From IMG/VR virus record IMGVR_UViG_3300046000_008568, positions 30,501 through 94,500 of that record: DNA of 64,000 bases, one strand, 5' to 3'. This DNA is from a virus. Lineage: Duplodnaviria > Heunggongvirae > Uroviricota > Caudoviricetes. The translations under genes and the position numbers were made by a program. Under the pieces are notes generated by a model. The model saw nothing but the letters and a program-made list of their open reading frames with translations, had not been told where the DNA came from and made no database searches. This document shows, one piece after another, positions 1-10,700 of the stretch; positions within the stretch are counted from its first letter, which is position 1, and the number at the start of each line of letters is the position of its first letter.

Positions 1-3000
1 GGTTCTTTATTTGGTATTGATTGTACTTCAATCCTACCAGCGCCACCGGCAAATTGTGTTTCGTGTAATACAATTGCAATGCCTCCAACTGGAACAGGTA
101 CTATAACTAATGGAAATTTAACAGTTAGTACAACATATAGTGGCCCGGAATTAGTTCTTGGTCCGGCTAATGGTTCTCCTTTTGCTACTTGTACAAATGT
201 ATCTCTTCCATTACCCTTTGTAATTTTAGGAGCAACTCCTGGGGCTTTTATTTATACCTTAAACTTTAACCAACCTGTTAATAATATAAAATTTTTAATA
301 TCGGGAGCCGGAACAACTTACAATCCAACAGCACTTGAAACTTTTACATTTAATACAAGCGGAGGAACCCCTACACTCTCTACTTGTGGACCATCATGTG
401 GTACTACAATAAACAATAATGTCATAACATTAGAATATGTTTCACCTAACGGGGGTGGTGCTTTAACTCAAGTAAATGCAACTAATCCTTATACTCAAAT
501 AATAATAACAGGAAACGGTGGAGCAGATGGCTCCGGGTTTAGTTTATGTTTAGACACAGCAACACCATTACCATCACCATCTCCTTCTGCAACACCATCA
601 ATAACAGTATCACCAAGTAAAACACCATCAGTAACTGCTACACCTAGTATCTCTATTAGTGCTACACCAAGCGTAACACCATCGATAACTGTTACTCCTA
701 GTATAACAATTAGTCCGTCTCGTACGCCAAGTGTAACGCCGTCACCTTCTTTACCGTCGGATGTATGTCCTTTAATTTATACTACTGCTCTTCAATCATA
801 TAATGGAACTAGTTTAACTAATGGTTATTATACTAAAAATTATACTTGGAACCCTAATACTAATGTTCAACAAGAAATAATATTATCTAATGATGTTGTA
901 GGTAATGACATTGCCTCTACTGAAACTAAATTATGGAAAAGCTGGGGAGTATTTAATCCTATTGCTCAAACCTATAGCTATAATATCAATGAATGGAACC
1001 TTTCTGGAAACCCTCCATACACAGCAACTTTTAATAGAACACTTCTATACCCTTCAGGATACACTGCTAGTCCAGGACTAACAGCAAAAGATAATAATAC
1101 ACTTGTAGATGTTGCTTCTACTATTGTAAATGGGCAAACAGTATGGAAAGTTTATGAATTAAATATTCCTACCGCTCCGGCAACACAATTAACAACAACG
1201 TTTAAATTTAACTTAAATAGCAATTTTCAAGGTCAAGGAGATCTAATGTTAACCTCAGATGCAAATGGTAATCCTGATAAACTTTTATTAGCATGTGCTG
1301 TATCTAACCCAACCCCAGGTACTACAAATAGCATAATTGCTCTTCAACAATACGATTATAATACTGGAGCTTTTGAATATGAAATTACATTAATACCCCC
1401 AACAACCTCACCAACAGCCGGTCTTATAGCTGGTATTGCTCAATTTAATAATATAATATATGTTTTCTTTAAGGATGGTTATCCTAATTTACCTGCTTTA
1501 ACTGGGTGGGTTTATTCAATAAATCCAAATCCACCATATAACTGGACTTTAGTAAATAATATATTAGATTCGGGTGGATCAAATTCATTATTATCATGTT
1601 CTAAAGGTAAATTATTAGGGCCTAATGCTAGTGGGTGTGATACTATGTTGTATAGAACTCAAACCAAGGGATATGGTTCATATAACTTTACAACTAATAC
1701 ATCCGCAGTACTTAGTGTAACAGCAAACCCATACCCTGCTAATGATAATACAAATAATCTCCCTACAGTTATTGCTAATACAAGCAATAAAATGTGGGTA
1801 TATGCTACTGGAGCTGCTACTTCTGAAGTTAATTTAAGAGAAAGTAATATAGTATTATCTCCATTTTCTTCTACCTTTAATAGAAATATAGCTTTACCAA
1901 CTGGTCTTAAACCAAATAATGGATTATTTGCTCTAAATAATTCTACTTTAGTAGGTTCATACAAAATAACTAGTCCGGACAGTAGTGGAAATTTATATTC
2001 TCAACCTATAGTTGAAATAAATATACCGGCTGATGGCACCTCAAATCCTATAGCTACTTTTGTTACTAAATGTTTTTTACCAATACAAACAGAACCTGTT
2101 GGTGGGTTGGTAGTAACTAATGGTGTTAATCCAAAACTTATCATTTTAGTTAGAGATACAAATACTCCTACTATCATTATCCTCCTTCAGTACAATTATA
2201 CTACGGGGGATTTAGAGTTATATAAATCATTATCACCAACTATTACAACTCCTAGTGGATTAGTTGAATTAAATGGAAATATATACATTATCGGGTACAA
2301 CATGTATAAAATAGATACTGCTACACCGTATGCTCTAACGTTAGTCCAAAACCCAGGACTAGCCTTAATTAATGCTTCTCAACTATCCAATTGTATTAAT
2401 ACTAACTTTATAATACCTAATAATTGCGATACTTGTACCCCAGCGTTACTCCCTAAATTTAGTCCTGTTACGTATGGTGGAGTTACATTAACCCCATCAT
2501 TTACTGGGATTACTCCTAATTCAATGCCATATAGTGATATAGGATGTTCCGGGACTAACACAGTACTTAATGCTTCAAATACAGTCTGGTTAGGTTGGTA
2601 TCCTGGTGATTTTACTTATACTCTAACATTTAGCCAACCCGTTAATGACATAGTATTATTACTAACCGGTATGGGGGATAGTCCTATAGCTACTGGAGGT
2701 CATTATGAATCTTTTGCTTTTAATACTAATGGTGGGATTCCTTCTCTTACAGCATGTAAGGGATGTTTTGATAATATTAATGCAAATACGGTAACTGGAT
2801 CTGTTTTTGGGCTCAATAGTTTAAACCAAAATATTACAGGAGGTGGATTTCTTAAAGTACATGCAAGCAGTTTGTATACTACTTTAACTATTTCGGGTCC
2901 TGGTGGAATACAAGGTACAGTTTTTGGTATATGTGCCGCTTCTGTATTACCAGCACCAGCTGTTAGCCCATCACCAAGTCCAACACCATCTCCATCACCT

Positions 3001-4473
3001 CCATGTACACCATGTGCTTTACCTAATGTAATAATAGGAACACAAACATGGACAGCATGTAATTTAGATGTTACTACTTATAGAAATGGTGATGTCATAC
3101 CACAAGTTACAGATCCAACAGCTTGGAATACTCTAACTACAGGAGCTTGGTGTTACTACGACAACAACCCAACTAATGGTTGTACATATAATAAACTATA
3201 CAACTGGTATGCTGTAAATGATCCTCGTGGATTAGCTCCTGTCGGTTATCATGTACCAACAGAGGCTGAAATTGAAACATTGCGCCAGTATTTGGGGGGT
3301 ACAAATGTAGCCGGAGGTAAATTAAAACGAACAGGAACTACACTTTGGAATAGTCCTAATACAGGAGCAACAAATGAAACAGGTTGGACAGGACTACCAG
3401 GAGGAGGAAGAGAAAATGCCCAATTTGGGGGTATAAAATCATTTGGGCCTTTCTGGACTTCTACAGCTATCTCAACCCCTGGATATACTAATCTAGCAAT
3501 ATATGCTGATTTATATTATAATAATTCATTACTTGACCTTAAAGGATTCTCTAAAACTAGTGGATATTCCGTACGTTTAATTAAAGATATTAGTTCATTA
3601 GGATGTGTTTATTATAGCACAGGTGGTGCTTCTACATACAATTATAATATTACTACTAATACCTCAACACCAATTACGTTACCCGGAGATAATACAAGTA
3701 ATATGGTTGAAGCTCACACAACAACTAAATATTGGAAAGGAAACCAAACTAATTATATTAACGAATGGAATGTATCAAACAATCCAACAACATTAACATT
3801 TAACAGAACCATATCAATTTCTGGATATTCAGGACCCCAGTTTAATTATTTACAAGCAATAGATAATACTAATTTGCTTACTACGCTTGTTAATTATAGT
3901 TCAACATATAATCCTGCGGGACCATTTGTTAATCCTTTAGTTAAATTAAATATAACAAATAATACTGTTACGGCTACTCAAATGACAACTATGTTTAACA
4001 TATATGCTCCTTCGGGATTGGATGCCCTTATGTTAACAGCCACTAATAAAGTAATAACAGTTGGAAGACGAGCAACCTCATCAACCCAATACGTCTACTA
4101 CTTATCCCAATACTCATACCCAGATGGGGCTTTAGAATTAGATATTGATTTATCATCAACAATTCCTGCCGGGAATAGTACGTATTCCTTTAAATTATTC
4201 GAATCAAATGGAAATTTATATGTAGCTGTTAGTTCAACATACCCAAATGAAATTATATACAATATTAACTTAAACAGCCCTTATACATTTACACCGGTTC
4301 GGACTACTACTAACCCCAATCAATGGTTTGCATCATATAATTCATCAATTAATTGCAATACAGTTAACTTAAATGTAAATCCAAACCCATCACCATCGCC
4401 AACACCAACACCATCTCCATCAGCACCATCAACTGCTTTTAGAACAATATACAAATATTTAGATATTCAATAA
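1..4473 (+). CDS. Large modular virion appendage protein (5'-truncated by window edge): repeated beta-rich domains, P/S/T linkers and a FISUMP (Fib_succ_major)-like domain
   Basis: Frame is open from base 1 (GSLFGIDC...) so the ATG at 79 is internal; internal domain repeats; IGTQTWTACNLDV...GAWCYYDN...LYNWYAV...GYHVPT matches the FISUMP pattern. Confidence 0.75.
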   Translation, partial: GSLFGIDCTSILPAPPANCVSCNTIAMPPTGTGTITNGNLTVSTTYSGPELVLGPANGSPFATCTNVSLPLPFVILGATPGAFIYTLNFNQPVNNIKFLISGAGTTYNPTALETFTFNTSGGTPTLSTCGPSCGTTINNNVITLEYVSPNGGGALTQVNATNPYTQIIITGNGGADGSGFSLCLDTATPLPSPSPSATPSITVSPSKTPSVTATPSISISATPSVTPSITVTPSITISPSRTPSVTPSPSLPSDVCPLIYTTALQSYNGTSLTNGYYTKNYTWNPNTNVQQEIILSNDVVGNDIASTETKLWKSWGVFNPIAQTYSYNINEWNLSGNPPYTATFNRTLLYPSGYTASPGLTAKDNNTLVDVASTIVNGQTVWKVYELNIPTAPATQLTTTFKFNLNSNFQGQGDLMLTSDANGNPDKLLLACAVSNPTPGTTNSIIALQQYDYNTGAFEYEITLIPPTTSPTAGLIAGIAQFNNIIYVFFKDGYPNLPALTGWVYSINPNPPYNWTLVNNILDSGGSNSLLSCSKGKLLGPNASGCDTMLYRTQTKGYGSYNFTTNTSAVLSVTANPYPANDNTNNLPTVIANTSNKMWVYATGAATSEVNLRESNIVLSPFSSTFNRNIALPTGLKPNNGLFALNNSTLVGSYKITSPDSSGNLYSQPIVEINIPADGTSNPIATFVTKCFLPIQTEPVGGLVVTNGVNPKLIILVRDTNTPTIIILLQYNYTTGDLELYKSLSPTITTPSGLVELNGNIYIIGYNMYKIDTATPYALTLVQNPGLALINASQLSNCINTNFIIPNNCDTCTPALLPKFSPVTYGGVTLTPSFTGITPNSMPYSDIGCSGTNTVLNASNTVWLGWYPGDFTYTLTFSQPVNDIVLLLTGMGDSPIATGGHYESFAFNTNGGIPSLTACKGCFDNINANTVTGSVFGLNSLNQNITGGGFLKVHASSLYTTLTISGPGGIQGTVFGICAASVLPAPAVSPSPSPTPSPSPPCTPCALPNVIIGTQTWTACNLDVTTYRNGDVIPQVTDPTAWNTLTTGAWCYYDNNPTNGCTYNKLYNWYAVNDPRGLAPVGYHVPTEAEIETLRQYLGGTNVAGGKLKRTGTTLWNSPNTGATNETGWTGLPGGGRENAQFGGIKSFGPFWTSTAISTPGYTNLAIYADLYYNNSLLDLKGFSKTSGYSVRLIKDISSLGCVYYSTGGASTYNYNITTNTSTPITLPGDNTSNMVEAHTTTKYWKGNQTNYINEWNVSNNPTTLTFNRTISISGYSGPQFNYLQAIDNTNLLTTLVNYSSTYNPAGPFVNPLVKLNITNNTVTATQMTTMFNIYAPSGLDALMLTATNKVITVGRRATSSTQYVYYLSQYSYPDGALELDIDLSSTIPAGNSTYSFKLFESNGNLYVAVSSTYPNEIIYNINLNSPYTFTPVRTTTNPNQWFASYNSSINCNTVNLNVNPNPSPSPTPTPSPSAPSTAFRTIYKYLDIQ

Positions 4474-4474
4474 T

Positions 4475-5791
4475 ATGTTAACAGAACCAATTAAACAAAA
4501 AATAGAAGACTTATTTCAATCTACTCCCGATTATGTAGGAGTAGGATGGAGTCATAAAATTAGTAAAGATCAACCTATTGGAGAGCCTACTATAGTATTT
4601 AACGTACCTAAAAAACTACCATTAAGTGAAATACCTGAAGAAGAACATTTACCCTCAACAGTTGAAATTGATGGTGTTGCTTATAAAACAGATGTTATTG
4701 AAATTGGGCACGTTGTACCTTTATCATGTCCTCAAACTACATTAAATACTTGTTATACTTGGACTTGGTTTCAATTTCAATATCCCGCTGGAGGTCCTAT
4801 TTACCCTGCTGGAAATACACCCCCAGGAAATAGAGGTGTTATACGCCCTATGAAAGGTGGTATTTCAATAACATCTTTTAATAATGGAACTAAAGTAGGT
4901 ACTTTAGGATTTTTAGCTGTAGATAATGCAAAGAATGCATTAGTTGGAGTTACAAATAATCATGTTGTTGTAGATACTGCATTTTACACCAATTATAGAA
5001 ATGTAACTAATTCTAACGAATACCAAGATCAATACTACCAACCAGGAGAAGTAGGACCAAATTCAGATTATATGGTTGGTGAAGTAGTAAGATATGTTCC
5101 TATAGTTCCTCAACCTTCTGTAAATCAAGTAGATGGAGCTTTAGTTACAATTGATCCTAGTAAAGTAACAAACGCTGAATCATTTAAACAGTATGGAACA
5201 AGTATTTTAACTCCTATGCCGTTTGCTACAACAACAGAAATAAATGATCTTCCAATTGGAACTACTCTACTAGTTAGTTCTGGTAGATCATCGGGTGTTA
5301 AATCATCTACATCTTGTGGAATAAGACTTAAGGATACTAATGTTAGCGTACCATTATCAGTAGTAGTACCAGCACCACCCGCTGTACCATATGGAGGATA
5401 TAATCTAAATGGAACACCAACAGGAGCTAATTTTACCAACCAAATCCAATTCACCAGAACAGATCTTGAACCAAACGGAGATCCATCATGCCCTTTTCCA
5501 ATATATGGAGGGGACTCAGGATCAGCATTGTGTGCTTATATTGGAGGTGTTTGGAAAATTATAGGATTAGTATTTGCTGGATCTCAAATGTTTGGATTTG
5601 CTAATAGAATAGATAATGTAGCAGCTCAATTAAATATATCTGCTTGGGATGGTACAACTAAAAATTATTTTAATACTGGTTCAAGACAATACATAACTAC
5701 TATTGGAGGTAGCCCTGATAAAACATTACCTTGTGCTAGTAATATTTATTGGCAAGTAGGGACAACAAGTTTAATTAATCCTTGCCCTTAA
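4475..5791 (+). CDS. Trypsin/chymotrypsin-like serine protease with N-terminal pro-domain
   Basis: Catalytic triad motifs in order: GTLG..VTNNHV (His), VDGALV (Asp), GGDSGS (Ser). Confidence 0.8.
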   Translation: MLTEPIKQKIEDLFQSTPDYVGVGWSHKISKDQPIGEPTIVFNVPKKLPLSEIPEEEHLPSTVEIDGVAYKTDVIEIGHVVPLSCPQTTLNTCYTWTWFQFQYPAGGPIYPAGNTPPGNRGVIRPMKGGISITSFNNGTKVGTLGFLAVDNAKNALVGVTNNHVVVDTAFYTNYRNVTNSNEYQDQYYQPGEVGPNSDYMVGEVVRYVPIVPQPSVNQVDGALVTIDPSKVTNAESFKQYGTSILTPMPFATTTEINDLPIGTTLLVSSGRSSGVKSSTSCGIRLKDTNVSVPLSVVVPAPPAVPYGGYNLNGTPTGANFTNQIQFTRTDLEPNGDPSCPFPIYGGDSGSALCAYIGGVWKIIGLVFAGSQMFGFANRIDNVAAQLNISAWDGTTKNYFNTGSRQYITTIGGSPDKTLPCASNIYWQVGTTSLINPCP

Positions 5792-5794
5792 GAT

Positions 5795-7504
5795 ATGATA
5801 AATGTTACTTTTGTATATAATGGTACTATTAATGGGTATCCTTCTTGGATAGGATATGATGGAACAACTCTATTAACTATTCTTTGGACTGGGACTTATT
5901 GGGTAATGTATGGGTGGCCTTACGATGGAGAACCTAGAAATTATAACAATACCCTAAACCCAACAACGGGGTGGGCTTTATATGATAATACAACATTAAC
6001 AGCAACATTTAATGTAGTGTTAGGGGCCTGTCCTATACCAACACCAACACCAACACCAACTGGTGTAACCGGATGCACTACTTGGAATTTAACAGCACCT
6101 ACAGATCAACCATACGATATTTCATGGGTTGAATATTATGATTGTAGTTTAATTTTACAAACAAGAATAATTTTATATGGAGAAGATCCGATAGATTTCT
6201 GCGTAGACAACACACTTGGGATACTTAATAGTGTTATAAATAATGGGTCTGAGCTAACCAATACATTAGCACCATGCGGGTTAGTACCAACACCATCTCC
6301 AACTGTAACACCAGGTATAACTATAACTCCTACACCATCTATAACACCTTCTCAAATATGTAGTGCTCCGGTATTAAATAATGTTACTTTAGTTTCACGT
6401 CATTTAAGTGAATATACATTTGGTTTATTTTTTACTTCTTTACCTAATTGTAATGATGTTATTTATGAATATTCTTGCGACGGAATTAGTTGGACCTCAT
6501 GCGGTTATGATGAATGCGCTGATGGGTTTGGATGCATATCACCTGTTCAAGTAACTATAGCTGATGTGTATGGTTGTGTTATTTGTAGTGGGAATTGGTA
6601 TTTTAGAATTAAACAATGCTGTCCAAATAACTTACAAAGTAACTATTCAAATACAATAACATTTGTACCTGTATCAACATCACCATCTATAACACCTACA
6701 GTTACAAGAACTCCTAGCAGAACACCATCTGTTACGCCAACTATATCGATCACACCAACTAGAACTATTACTCCAACAACAACCCAAACCCCTACTCCAT
6801 CCGTTACTCCTGGTTTATGTCGATTTTTAGATTCACTTAGTTGTAATGTAGAAAGAGGTAATTATGTTAGAATTCAATACACAAATTGTGCTGGGGCCCT
6901 AAAGATATTTAATGTTTATTTACCTACAGGTATAAATGTTGTTGATGTTAGTTCTTTAAATATTTGTATGAAGGTTGGAACTCCTTTAACTATAATAACT
7001 GGTGCTGCTCTTAGTATACAACCAATATTTGGAGATAGTTGTACTGTAGTTGCTTCACCATCTCCAACTCCAACACCCACTGTAACACCATCTAAAACAC
7101 CATCAATAACACCATCAATAACACCAACACCTACTAGTCCATTAATACCTGTTAATTCTGTAGAGTGGTTTGGTGATGAATATGTTGCTTATAGCACAGG
7201 TGGTGGTGGTGGTGGTGAATATACAGTTGTATTAAATGGAACTGTTGAAATAATAGGAGATCCTGTTACTTTTAAAGCTTATGGATTTTGGTCGTTTTTA
7301 GGACCTAGTGACGGTTCTGTACTTACTAGTGTTTCTATAGGTGCACAAGGTAGATATGCTGAAGCAATCTTTCCAAATATACTTTCTGAATCTCCTCCAC
7401 CCGACCTAATACTTCCAGCAAATACATATGTTTGGCAAGTAATAGTTAGATTCTTTGATGATGCAACTGAAGCTGGAGAAGGTGGTATATTATGGACGCA
7501 ATAA
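5795..7504 (+). CDS. Cys-rich modular structural protein with P/T/S linkers and a putative FN3-like domain
   Basis: 569-aa ORF; several TPSITP tracts; WYFRIKQCC..SNYSN resembles an FN3 C-terminus. Confidence 0.55.
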   Translation: MINVTFVYNGTINGYPSWIGYDGTTLLTILWTGTYWVMYGWPYDGEPRNYNNTLNPTTGWALYDNTTLTATFNVVLGACPIPTPTPTPTGVTGCTTWNLTAPTDQPYDISWVEYYDCSLILQTRIILYGEDPIDFCVDNTLGILNSVINNGSELTNTLAPCGLVPTPSPTVTPGITITPTPSITPSQICSAPVLNNVTLVSRHLSEYTFGLFFTSLPNCNDVIYEYSCDGISWTSCGYDECADGFGCISPVQVTIADVYGCVICSGNWYFRIKQCCPNNLQSNYSNTITFVPVSTSPSITPTVTRTPSRTPSVTPTISITPTRTITPTTTQTPTPSVTPGLCRFLDSLSCNVERGNYVRIQYTNCAGALKIFNVYLPTGINVVDVSSLNICMKVGTPLTIITGAALSIQPIFGDSCTVVASPSPTPTPTVTPSKTPSITPSITPTPTSPLIPVNSVEWFGDEYVAYSTGGGGGGEYTVVLNGTVEIIGDPVTFKAYGFWSFLGPSDGSVLTSVSIGAQGRYAEAIFPNILSESPPPDLILPANTYVWQVIVRFFDDATEAGEGGILWTQ

Positions 7505-7618
7505 TCTGTAAAATTTAGCATATAACGCGCAAATTAACGCGTATTATATATAAAACAATACCCCATACACCTAATATTTTATCATTGTGTATTCCATGCG
7601 TCTTTCTTTAGAAATTTG

Positions 7619-7649
7619 CTTGGAATACTCATTTATCCTCGTATATTTA
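7619..7649 (+). promoter_or_regulatory. Bacteroidota-type promoter (nTTG-N19-TATATTTA)
   Basis: CTTG 7619-22, TATATTTA 7642-49. Confidence 0.5.
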
Positions 7650-7718
7650 TTGGTGTATTATAGACCCGTATGGGAAGTGGGCAAGCAATCTTGTAACCAA
7701 TCATAATAAATTTTATCT

Positions 7719-10700
7719 ATGCCAAGTTGGAAAAAAATCATAACGAGTGGCTCTGATGCCTCGTTAAATACTCTTACCGTTATAAACGGAATTACAGGTT
7801 CTTTATTTGGAACCGCTTCATGGGCTACAAATGCTTCAAAAGTAACAGTAAGTACCAATGCAGAAGCTGTTGCATTTAAAGTACCTTTCGCAGCTACAGC
7901 TGTTTCCACTACTGGAACTTATGACTTATATCAAGACTCTGAAACAACATTTACTTATAATCCAAGTACTAATACTTTAACTGTTCCAAATTTATCAGGT
8001 ACAGCATCATTTGTTGTCTCTGCTTCAAGAGCAATATCAAGCTCATTTGCAACAAGTGCCTCTCAAGCTATAACAGCATCTTATGCTTTAAATGCAAACA
8101 GTGCTTCATTTGCCATTAGTGCTTCATATGCTACAAATGCATCTTCTTCTTTAAATGCTCAAGACATTTTAATATATGTTAAAAATGTAACTGGAGCTCA
8201 AATCGATAAAGGAAAAGTAGTAAGAATATCAGGAGCAACAGGTGACAATGCTTTAATAGCAACAGCCTCGTATGAAAGTGATGAAGTATCAGCTAATACA
8301 TTAGGTATTACTAATCAAGATATTCCTAATGATAGTTTTGGATATATTATAACAGAAGGTACATTAATAGGAATAAACACAAATGCCTTTTCAGCGGGAC
8401 AATTACTTTATTTAGGAGCAACTGGATCTATAATAGGAACAGCACCAGTAGCACCATTACATGCTGTAAGATTAGGACAAGTATTAAGAGTACAACTTAA
8501 TAATGGTTCAATGTATGTTCGTATTGATAACGGATATGAATTAGGAGAGTTACATGATGTAGTGGATACTACTACGACTTCATCATATGGGGATTTACTT
8601 GTTAAAAGTGGTAGTGTTTGGATTAATTCTAAACAATTAACTGGATCTTATGGATTAACAGGTTCTCTAGCCCAAGGGCGTGATACAACAGCATCAGCAC
8701 CATATTCACATGCAGAAGGAAACCTTACAATAGCAATAGGAGATTACTCACATGCAGAAGGATATGCCACAACAACAATCCAGTCCTATTCACATGCAGA
8801 AGGAAGATACACAACATCATCAGGACTATTCTCACACGCTGAAGGAGAATTTGCAAACTCAATAGGAGAGTATTCTCACGCTGAAGGAGGAGGTACTCTA
8901 GCACAAGGAGATGGTTCACATGCAGAAGGAGGCTTTACAGTAGCAGGAGGAAACTACTCACATGCAGAAGGAAACCTTACAATAGCATCAGGAGAAGCTT
9001 CACATGCAGAAGGGCAATATACAACATCATCAGGATTTTGGTCACATGCAGAAGGTTATAACACATGGGCATCAGGAAGCTGGTCACATGCAGAAGGTTA
9101 TAACGCATGGGCATTAGGAGAATATTCACATGCAGAAGGAGTAGGTGCTGTAGCATCAGGAGAAACTTCACATGCCGAAGGTGATACTACTCAAGCATTA
9201 GGACAAGCTTCACATGCCGAAGGAGGAGGTACAGTAGCATTTGGACAAAAGTCACATACAGAAGGAGGTCTAACAAGAGCAATAGGAAACTACTCACATG
9301 CAGAAGGATACTATACAACATCATCAGGAGAGTTCTCACACGCTGAAGGCTCAGGCTCTATATCATCAGGAGATTATTCACATGCTGAAGGAGTCAATAC
9401 AATAGCAATAGGAGATTACTCACATGCAGAAGGACAGAATACACTAGCATCCGGTTCCTACTCCCATGCAGAAGGATACTATACAACATCATCAGGAGAT
9501 CATTCACACGCAGAAGGACAGAATACAATAGCATCGGGATTTTGGTCACATGCTGAAGGAACATTCACAATCTCACAAGGAACATATTCCCATGCCGAAG
9601 GAGAGAGCACAGTATCATCAGGAGTATCCTCACATGCAGAAGGCGTTGCTACACGTTCATCAGGAGATAATTCACATGCCGAAGGATACTACACAACAGC
9701 ATCAGGAGTAGGATCACATGCTGAAGGACGTAATACACTAGCATCAGGAGAATATTCACATGCAGAAGGAAACATTACAAGAGCAATAGGAGATTACTCA
9801 CATGCAGAAGGACAGAATACACATGCATTAGGATTAGCTTCACATGCTGAAGGATCATCTACATCGGCATCAGGAAACTGGTCACATGCCGAAGGAGGCT
9901 TTGCAATCTCATCAGGAGAGTTCTCACACGCAGAAGGCTCGACTACACTAGCATCAGGGCAGTATTCACATGCAGAAGGATACCTAACGATAGCATTAGG
10001 AAACTTCTCACATGCAGAAGGACGTAATACACGAGCAGTAGGACTGTACTCACATGCTGAAGGAAGATTCACAACAGCATCAGGAGATTTTTCACATGCA
10101 GAAGGCTATGATACAATAGCATCAGGAGATTATTCACACGCTGAAGGCTCAGGTTCTACAGCATCCGGAAACTTCTCACACGCAGAAGGTAGACTTACAA
10201 CAGCACAAGGATTACACTCACATTCTGAAGGTAATTCTTCTGTAGCACAAGGAAACTGGTCACATGCTGAAGGAGATACTACACGAGCAGTAGGACAGTA
10301 TTCACATGCCGAAGGTGATACCACAAGAGCGATAGGAACTAATTCACATGCCGAAGGATTTTTTACAACATCATCAGGAGAAGGTTCACATGCCGAAGGT
10401 GATACTACAGTAGCATTAGCAAACTACTCACATGCTGAAGGTAGACGAACATTAGCATCAAGAGTTTTTTCACATGCAGAGGGAGAGTTTACACTAACAT
10501 TAGGAACAGGCTCACATGCTGAAGGAAGACTTACAACAGCTTCAGGAAATTATTCACATACAGAAGGAGATAAGACATTTGCTGGAGGACTGTACTCACA
10601 TGCTGAAGGAAGACTTACAACAGCATCAGGAGACTATGCACACGCAGAGGGTGATAATACTCAAGCACAAGGAAACTATTCACATACAGAAGGGAGGAAC

